Assembly: GCA_964522265.1 (NCBI GenBank)
Contig: CAZFVS010000021.1
Location: forward strand, 1 to 13,241
Direction of reading: 5' to 3'
Source of the DNA: an uncultured Gammaproteobacteria bacterium
GTDB taxonomy: Bacteria > Patescibacteriota > Microgenomatia > Daviesbacterales > UBA10151
DNA: 13,241 nucleotides
Below are positions 7,217-13,241 of the stretch, piece by piece. Below the pieces are notes generated by a model. It was not told the origin of the DNA and made no database searches. It saw only the letters and a program-made list of their open reading frames with translations. A program made the position numbers and the translations under genes. Positions within the stretch are counted from its first letter, which is position 1. The number at the start of each line of letters is the position of its first letter.

Positions 7217-8160
7217 TGGGGATCAGCCGGGTCTGTTTTATTACCACACTGGATCCTGCCAGACAACAGCTGACTTGTTGGCACTACTTCTTCGGATAAT
7301 CCCGGCGCGCTCCAGGAAAGTTTAAGATAAGGTATACTATTTTTAACAACCTGATATTTAATTTGAATATCATATACCTCATCTGCCTCTAAGTTGATTG
7401 TTTTCAGTGGCACTACTTTAGTCTTTTGAGATTTATCAGTCCAGGAGTCTATTATTAAATCTTTATTAACCCAAACTCTCACTCCATCTTTAGTCTCAGC
7501 AGAAAATGTATGTTCTCCGAAAACTTTGGCCTTAACAGACCCATTCCAGGTTACACCGTAACGCACAGAAACAATATCTTTTGGCAAAGATATCGCACCT
7601 GATAAATTCTCATCTATTTTCCCACCTCTTCCGGAGGTTAAAGTACCACGATTATCATCTAATTGACCGCCGTTATAGTATTGTCCATATAAACCCTGCA
7701 GCTGCGGAATCGGATCGCCCACTACTTCAACACTACACTGTGCTTTAGCACTCTTACCGGGACCTAAGGCAATTATTAGACGGGCGGTTTGTTTACCCAA
7801 TTTACAATAAGCCACTGTTTTAGTCTTTGCCCTACTGGGAGTACCTTTACTAACAGCACCATATGCTTGCCAAACATAATCTATCCCCTTTAAACTTGGG
7901 TCATCTAAATCTCCGCTAAATGTTACATCTTCGTTGGGAGCAACAGTTTGTTTATCAGCACTGCAGTGGGCCGAAATTATAGAAGACGTTACTCCGGATG
8001 GCAATTCATAACCTCTCTTATTCCGTAGCTCCAAAGCCTTAGGCAAAAAACCTGTTTGTTGGCCAACCAAATAAACACCCACTGCCACACCACCTAGTAA
8101 GATACCTAAAATAATAACTTGGGAAAACCCTTTTTGGTTGATATTTTTAAAAGAGGGCAT
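7213..8160 (-). CDS. Membrane-anchored PKD/Ig-like plus PA14 domain protein (adhesin/glycan-binding type)
   Basis: The ORF track gives 327 aa from an upstream TTG at 8196. I prefer the ATG at 8158-8160 (MPSFKNINQKG, 315 aa) because the same ATG-led leader begins the gene at 9971 and a promoter-like motif overlaps the TTG extension. GLYGQYYNG...DGVRVWVNKDLIIDSW...YDIQIKYQ is a PA14 signature. The hydrophobic helix FSQVIILGILLGGVAVGVYLVG follows KG. This protein has no endostatin-like module. Confidence 0.85.
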   Translation of the reverse strand: MPSFKNINQKGFSQVIILGILLGGVAVGVYLVGQQTGFLPKALELRNKRGYELPSGVTSSIISAHCSADKQTVAPNEDVTFSGDLDDPSLKGIDYVWQAYGAVSKGTPSRAKTKTVAYCKLGKQTARLIIALGPGKSAKAQCSVEVVGDPIPQLQGLYGQYYNGGQLDDNRGTLTSGRGGKIDENLSGAISLPKDIVSVRYGVTWNGSVKAKVFGEHTFSAETKDGVRVWVNKDLIIDSWTDKSQKTKVVPLKTINLEADEVYDIQIKYQVVKNSIPYLKLSWSAPGLSEEVVPTSQLLSGRIQCGNKTDPADPQ

Positions 8161-8234
8161 CAGTTCAAGTATTGAATAGATTGACTGGTTTGTCAATTAA
8201 CAGGACTAAACGGTTACTGCTCAAAACAATACAG
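8129..8234. repeat. Gene-junction repeat, copy 1 (~105 bp, near-identical to 9940-10044)
   Basis: By hand alignment the two copies differ by one 1-nt indel and two substitutions. The repeat spans the last codons and stop (LYCFEQ) of the upstream gene, the whole intergenic spacer with its promoter-like motif, and the first 11 codons (MPSFKNINQKG) of the downstream gene. Confidence 0.9.
8168..8196 (-). promoter_or_regulatory. Putative promoter TTGACA-N17-AATACT for the PA14 gene
   Basis: The minus strand has a consensus -35 TTGACA (8191-8196), a 17-nt spacer and -10 AATACT (8168-8173). Seven nt later comes the ATG, with no Shine-Dalgarno sequence. The same element recurs at 9979-10007. Confidence 0.4.
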
Positions 8235-8702
8235 GGCAGCCTGCAGGTTGCAATTGTTAATATCCAACCAGGTCCACCTGCCGTCCCAAAAGGAGGAGTG
8301 CCCTGTCCTCCCCCTTTCAAAACCTGAAGATGAACTAGATTGCCAATTATTACAGTGCAGTGGCCCATCCTGGTCTCCGGTTCTGACTCCATTAGGCAAA
8401 GTATTAGTCCAAACATAATTAGATTTATAGGTATTATATTCTGTAATGTTAATTGGATTAATATAACTATCAAACAGATCATTTCTATCTGCTGCAACTG
8501 TAACCCCATTTAATAATTTATATTTCCCCTCAAAAAATCTAAACCTAAGATTTGGGGAGCTGTCAACTGTACTGTCGCTTATCCAGGCTTTCCATTTTCC
8601 ACCTAAGCTTGCTGCATCAGCGCTGCTTTGACATTTATAATCTGCACCTAATATTCCGCCTAAATTCCCTGAATAATTATTACTGGTAACAAATACCTTT
8701 TT
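8214..8702 (-). other. Endostatin-like four-Cys module, copy 3 (C-terminal module of the bivalent protein; most divergent)
   Basis: KKVFVTSNNYSGNLGGILGADYKCQSSADAASLGGKWKAWISDS...VWTNTLPNG...HCNNW...NCNLQAALYCFEQ followed by a stop codon. Confidence 0.7.
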
Positions 8703-9971
8703 GGGCGGGATTTCGCCCGCTATTTTTATTTTGTAGGTAATTTTTGGTCCGAATGCCCAAACCCCATCTGGTTTGGTATATCTTAAGGTTACTTCCCCTG
8801 TGTATAACTGCTCTTTATTCCCTACCCTTTGAAAATTATTGTTATCAAACACCATACGTAAAGAAACTTTTGCTGATTGTCCGGTTTTTAATTCCCCTAC
8901 TTGCGGGATCAAGCCGTATAACACATACCCGTAATCTGGAACTTCGGTGGTTAGATCCCATTTTGTGTCATAAGGAGTGTAAATTGTAATACCTTCCGCA
9001 TCAACCATTCCGTTATTTCCGTCAGGCCGATTGATGGTCGCCTCAACCGAAGTTTTATTAACAGTTACCGTTATCGGCAAAGGGCTGGGAGACGGACTAG
9101 GACTCGGGCTGGGTAAGGGGGAGGGACTTGGGCTTGGTGAAAGAGAAGGGCTTGGTGATGGGAAAGGTGATAAACTGGGTGGAAGAGAAGGGCTGGGTGA
9201 AGGGGAGAGGCTGAAATCAGGTTGTTCTATACAATAGAGTCTTGCCTGTCCTGTACACCACATGGAATTATTACTCTCGGTCCACCAACTAGCTGAATTA
9301 GGAATACTCGTATAATATGTGTTTCCGTGTACTAATCCCCCTCTGCCTTGTTGGTCAGTTCTGGTCCAATCCTGACAACTGCCTTGAGTCTGGGATATAT
9401 TTCCATTAGGTAATGTGTTCGTCCAAGCTATATGATTTTTAGTCAGATCAATTTTTATCCCTTTTTCGTTAATGTTTATGGGGTTTTGAATGGTACCATC
9501 TGTTAAATCAGCCCAATTATTTGCAACAATTGTATTATTTAATAGTTTATATTGCACAGTACTCTTAAAAAGCCTTGAAGAAGCAGGTACTGAGGATGAA
9601 GATATCCAAGTTTTAAAAACCCCTCCTAAGTTTACACTATCTGCAGCTTGCTGGCATTTCTGGTCTGCTCCAGCAAGCCCTCCTAAGTTACCATTATATT
9701 GAGTATTAGTTACAAACATTCTATAAAATGTTTTGGGTGTGGGTGTAGAGATTGGATCAGAGGCTGCTCTGGATTGAGGTTTTGGGAAAAGGGTGGAGAA
9801 AAATTGGTCTTTAAAATTAAAGGTATTTGAAACCAGCAAAAAAGCAATCAAACCCAAAACTGCAAATATCAGCAACAGATGCCCAACACCCGCTTCGCTT
9901 GCGAAGCGAGGCTTGTTGCTTCGCCGCAAGGCGAGCGAGCCTTTTTGGTTGATATTTTTAAAAGAGGGCAT
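8214..9971 (-). CDS. Membrane-anchored protein with two endostatin-like modules separated by a Ser-Pro linker and an Ig-like beta domain (bivalent lectin-like protein)
   Basis: The ORF track gives 597 aa from the TTG at 10007. I prefer the ATG at 9969-9971 (585 aa). The order is leader MPSFKNINQKG, the 17-aa palindrome-encoded insert, VGHLLLIFAVLGLIAFLLV, FNFKDQFFSTLFPKPQSRA, module A (ends ARLYCIEQ), the SP linker, a beta-rich domain, then module B (ends ALYCFEQ and stop). Confidence 0.88.
   Translation of the reverse strand: MPSFKNINQKGSLALRRSNKPRFASEAGVGHLLLIFAVLGLIAFLLVSNTFNFKDQFFSTLFPKPQSRAASDPISTPTPKTFYRMFVTNTQYNGNLGGLAGADQKCQQAADSVNLGGVFKTWISSSSVPASSRLFKSTVQYKLLNNTIVANNWADLTDGTIQNPININEKGIKIDLTKNHIAWTNTLPNGNISQTQGSCQDWTRTDQQGRGGLVHGNTYYTSIPNSASWWTESNNSMWCTGQARLYCIEQPDFSLSPSPSPSLPPSLSPFPSPSPSLSPSPSPSPLPSPSPSPSPSPLPITVTVNKTSVEATINRPDGNNGMVDAEGITIYTPYDTKWDLTTEVPDYGYVLYGLIPQVGELKTGQSAKVSLRMVFDNNNFQRVGNKEQLYTGEVTLRYTKPDGVWAFGPKITYKIKIAGEIPPKKVFVTSNNYSGNLGGILGADYKCQSSADAASLGGKWKAWISDSTVDSSPNLRFRFFEGKYKLLNGVTVAADRNDLFDSYINPINITEYNTYKSNYVWTNTLPNGVRTGDQDGPLHCNNWQSSSSSGFERGRTGHSSFWDGRWTWLDINNCNLQAALYCFEQ
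9075..9221 (-). repeat. Ser-Pro low-complexity linker (49 aa; imperfect TCN-CCN tandem repeat)
   Basis: Encodes PDFSLSPSPSPSLPPSLSPFPSPSPSLSPSPSPSPLPSPSPSPSPSPLP. The stretch is locally GC-rich with ggg/ctt/ggt reiteration. Confidence 0.8.
9222..9731 (-). other. Endostatin-like four-Cys module, copy 4 (internal, N-proximal module of the bivalent protein)
   Basis: FYRMFVTNTQYNGNLGGLAGADQKCQQAADSVNLGGVFKTWISSSSVPASSRLFKSTVQYKLLNN...AWTNTLPNGN...SCQDW...WCTGQARLYCIEQ, followed directly by the SP linker rather than a stop. Boundaries are approximate. Confidence 0.7.
9888..9938 (-). repeat. 51-nt GC-rich palindromic in-frame insert in the leader (copy B)
   Basis: Encodes SLALRRSNKPRFASEAG. By my count 33 of 51 nt are G/C, in an otherwise AT-rich window. 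It contains the hairpin CGCTTCG-CTTG-CGAAGCG (9891-9908) and a second stem CGCC-GCAA-GGCG. It is homologous to 3828-3878. Confidence 0.7.
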
Positions 9972-10044
9972 CAGTTCAAGTATTGAATAGATTGACTGGT
10001 TTGTCAATTAACAGGACTAACGGTTACTGTTCAAAACAATATAG
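9940..10044. repeat. Gene-junction repeat, copy 2 (near-identical to 8129-8234)
   Basis: See copy 1. This copy covers the stop of the 237-aa gene, the spacer, and the first 11 codons of the bivalent-module gene. Confidence 0.9.
9979..10007 (-). promoter_or_regulatory. Putative promoter TTGACA-N17-AATACT for the bivalent-module gene
   Basis: Identical to the element at 8168-8196. The ATG lies 7 nt downstream of the -10, with no Shine-Dalgarno sequence. Confidence 0.4.
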
Positions 10045-10527
10045 CCTGGATTTTCTGGCACAGGAGGAAGTATAATTGTCTGCAGTCCACCAGGCAGAGT
10101 TGCTATTCATCATTCCTGATTTGCCTGCATATGGGTCAGAGCCTGAGATATATTCAGGGCCATAGGTCCAGTTATTACATGAGGTATACTGGCTGAAGAT
10201 GGTACCAAAACCATTAGTGTTAGTCCAAACTGCTAGAGTCTCCGCACCGTTTGCAGGGGCACCGGTTTCTGTAATATTAATGGGGTTTCGGATGTATCCT
10301 TTTGTCAGACCAGCCCAGTTATTGGCAATGGTTGTACCATTTAGTAATTTATAGGGAACAGTGGCATGGGTTAGTCTGGATGAGGCAGAAATTGTACTTG
10401 ATGAAAGCCAAGCTTTAAATGTACCTACTAGGTTTGCATTACTTGATGCAGCCATGCATTTTTGGTCTGCTCCGGAAAATCCCCCTAAGTTTCCACTAAA
10501 AATAGCTTTGGTGACAAAGACTCTCTT
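10024..10527 (-). other. Endostatin-like four-Cys module, copy 5
   Basis: The 3' ~276 nt are about 91% identical to 1116-1391 (about 25 mismatches by hand count). Confidence 0.75.
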
Positions 10528-10737
10528 AGAAGTAGCTTGTGGTGTGGGTGTAGGAGTTGGAGTAATAGGACCAGAGATTGGATCAGAGGCTGCTCTAGAT
10601 TGAGGTTTTTGGAAAAGTTGACCAAATAACCTGTTCTTAAAATCAGCTGATGAGGCTACAACTAAAAAGGCCACTATCCCTAGTACTGCTATTAAAAAAA
10701 AGATATGGGTAATACCTTTTTCATTAACAAACTTCAT
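10024..10737 (-). CDS. Minimal family member: leader plus hydrophobic helix plus TP linker plus a single endostatin-like module
   Basis: 237-aa ORF. It reads MKFVNEKG, then ITHIFFLIAVLGIVAFLVV, then ADFKNRLFGQLFQKPQSRAASDP, then TPTPTPTP, then KRVFVTKAIFSGNLGGFSGADQKC...CARKSRLYCFEQ. Confidence 0.9.
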   Translation of the reverse strand: MKFVNEKGITHIFFLIAVLGIVAFLVVASSADFKNRLFGQLFQKPQSRAASDPISGPITPTPTPTPQATSKRVFVTKAIFSGNLGGFSGADQKCMAASSNANLVGTFKAWLSSSTISASSRLTHATVPYKLLNGTTIANNWAGLTKGYIRNPINITETGAPANGAETLAVWTNTNGFGTIFSQYTSCNNWTYGPEYISGSDPYAGKSGMMNSNSAWWTADNYTSSCARKSRLYCFEQ

Positions 10738-10742
10738 AATTC

Positions 10743-10772
10743 ATTGTAGGAAAGAAGCAAGTTATTTGTCAA
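10743..10772 (-). promoter_or_regulatory. Putative promoter TTGACA-N18-TACAAT for the 237-aa gene and the island
   Basis: The minus strand has a consensus -35 TTGACA (10767-10772), an 18-nt spacer and -10 TACAAT (10743-10748). The ATG begins only 5 nt downstream and there is no Shine-Dalgarno sequence, implying a leaderless or near-leaderless mRNA. Confidence 0.5.
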
Positions 10773-10796
10773 CACATCAGTGAAGGATTGTAAGAT

Positions 10797-12470
<1,674 letters not shown>

Positions 12471-12650
12471 CTATCCTCCACATCTCTGTCGCGCATAATA
12501 TGCCAACTTTAGTTCCCATTCCCTTTCTTGTCTTTTCTGTATCTCATTTAATTCCTTTCTTAATCTTTTTATTTCTTCTCTTAACTCTCTGTTTTCCGAT
12601 TCTAATTTAGCTATAACTACATCTTCACTTGGTTCAAGTTCCTGCACCAT
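12471..12650 (-). CDS. Small (59 aa) coiled-coil protein of unknown function; below the ORF-track length cut-off
   Basis: Hand translation from the ATG at 12648-12650 gives MVQELEPSEDVVIAKLESENRELREEIKRLRKELNEIQKRQEREWELKLAYYARQRCGG, ending at TAG 12471-12473. It starts 1 nt after the stop of the upstream ORF and ends 15 nt before the groEL ATG. The charged heptad-like pattern suggests a coiled coil. Confidence 0.5.
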   Translation of the reverse strand: MVQELEPSEDVVIAKLESENRELREEIKRLRKELNEIQKRQEREWELKLAYYARQRCGG

Positions 12651-12651
12651 T

Positions 12652-12921
12652 TTAGTAAGCTACCCCCGGTTCTTCACCTACCCTTTCGTCTTTAAATATA
12701 TCCCCATCTCCATTACCGGCTTCAAGATACAATGTTCTGTCAGACAAATATATCTCGGGATGGGCAATATTAAGTATTATCTGCAAAGCATTTCTATAAG
12801 CCCACAAAACCCGGTCATCAATACTGTTTACATATTCTCCGCGCAGCATTTTGTCTCCTAACCTATTCCACTCAACACCAATCTGATCCAATAAACTTCT
12901 TGCTTGTCTTTCTGTCATCAT
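12652..12921 (-). CDS. Hypothetical small protein (89 aa)
   Basis: ORF-track entry with no recognisable motif. It is tightly packed, 2 nt after the upstream ORF's stop. A GAGGA Shine-Dalgarno-like motif lies about 9 nt upstream of the ATG, inside the end of the upstream ORF. Confidence 0.55.
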   Translation of the reverse strand: MMTERQARSLLDQIGVEWNRLGDKMLRGEYVNSIDDRVLWAYRNALQIILNIAHPEIYLSDRTLYLEAGNGDGDIFKDERVGEEPGVAY

Positions 12922-12923
12922 AA

Positions 12924-13178
12924 TTATTTTTCCTCATCCAGTGTAAATTCAAACTTACCCCCTGATACTCTATCAACACCTATCGAATCAGTCTTCCTTC
13001 TAACCATCATCAGCAAAGCTTCCATCACTTCTAATGCATATAAATTCTCTTTGTACGGCAGACTGGCTCCGGCACTATAAATGTCAAACTTTGGCATTAA
13101 GTTTTTCAGTTGATTTTTTCTATTTTCTATCATACCTTCTATTGTTTTTATTCTTCGCTTAGAAATTCTCTCCTCCAT
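12924..13178 (-). CDS. Hypothetical small protein (84 aa)
   Basis: ORF-track entry with a basic N-terminus (ISKRRIKTIEGMIENRKNQLK) and no recognisable family motif. Confidence 0.5.
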   Translation of the reverse strand: MEERISKRRIKTIEGMIENRKNQLKNLMPKFDIYSAGASLPYKENLYALEVMEALLMMVRRKTDSIGVDRVSGGKFEFTLDEEK

Positions 13179-13183
13179 ATTTT

Positions 13184-13241
13184 TTATTCTAAAATTGCCA
13201 TCTGTTCATCATATTTTACAAGCTTATACTCAATCCCGTTA
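13184..13241 (-). CDS. Possible 3' end of a further minus-strand ORF entering from beyond the window
   Basis: An open frame reads ...NGIEYKLVKYDEQMAILE and ends at TAA 13184-13186, 5 nt before the next ATG. Only 18 codons are visible. Confidence 0.25.
   Translation of the reverse strand, partial: NGIEYKLVKYDEQMAILE

Noticed and set aside
8161-8196. The 12-codon N-terminal extension MTNQSIYSILEL (TTG start) given by the ORF track for the 327-aa and 597-aa ORFs (also 9972-10007)
   Set aside because: The extension starts at a TTG that is part of a consensus TTGACA -35-like hexamer and covers the putative -10. The internal ATG (MPSFKNINQKG) gives a leader comparable to the MLSWQKINQKG of the 931-aa paralog. 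I therefore call the starts at 8160 and 9971, though this is not proven.
8165-8509. Minus-strand out-of-frame ORFs nested in larger genes (8165-8509, 1202-1393, 4660-4869)
   Set aside because: They overlap well-supported CDSs in another frame, have no recognisable motifs, and span gene boundaries or promoter regions. They are most likely chance frames in repeated module DNA.
9906-9929. A twin-arginine (Tat) signal in LALRRSNKPRF
   Set aside because: It does not fit S/T-R-R-x-F-L-K. The paralogous copy has QR instead of RR (LALQRNNKPRF). The segment is encoded by the palindromic insert and is absent from the other paralogs.
10694-10701. Homopolymer tracts (A8 at 10694-10701 in the 237-aa gene's helix region, T8 at 6994-7001 in the S8 propeptide region) as phase-variation switches
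   Set aside because: Eight-nt A/T runs are expected by chance in such AT-rich DNA. Both are in-frame (Phe-Phe-Leu and Lys-Lys-Arg codons). Nothing in a single sequence shows length heterogeneity.

Overview
This is an AT-rich bacterial window using the standard genetic code (TAA, TAG and TGA all serve as stops). Every credible gene lies on the minus strand and spacers are very short. Housekeeping genes sit at both ends: ispG (1-1061, cut by the window edge) and groEL (10797-12455).

Between them is a ~9.6 kb accessory island of five paralogous surface or secreted proteins built from shared modules:
(1) A short basic leader ending in Gly, directly followed by a ~20-residue hydrophobic helix. 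In four of the five this is followed by a conserved FNFKDQLFSTLFPKP-type motif. It could be a prepilin/class-III-like leader or a signal anchor.
(2) A variable cargo: a gametolysin/M11-like Zn-metalloprotease, an S8 subtilase with a jelly-roll domain, a PKD-like plus PA14 pair, an Ig-like spacer, or nothing.
(3) Thr-Pro or Ser-Pro linkers.
(4) A ~165-aa four-Cys module that always ends LYC(F/I)EQ. By eye it aligns with the collagen XV/XVIII endostatin domain (C-type-lectin-like fold, probably Pfam DUF1554). There are five copies in four genes.

The island is mosaic at the DNA level. It has a ~105-bp near-identical gene-junction repeat, swapped 5' and 3' segments between paralogs, and a 51-nt GC-rich palindromic in-frame insert in two leaders. 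A VapBC (PIN plus AbrB/SpoVT) toxin-antitoxin pair with a perfect 10-bp inverted-repeat operator is inserted in the middle.

Putative promoters sit 5-10 nt from the ATGs and lack Shine-Dalgarno sequences, which suggests leaderless mRNAs. groEL has no groES upstream. Instead it is preceded by three abutting tiny ORFs of unknown function, one of which (59 aa) is absent from the ORF track.

I saw no rRNA, tRNA, CRISPR array, transposase or integrase. All homology statements come from reading motifs by eye and need database confirmation.
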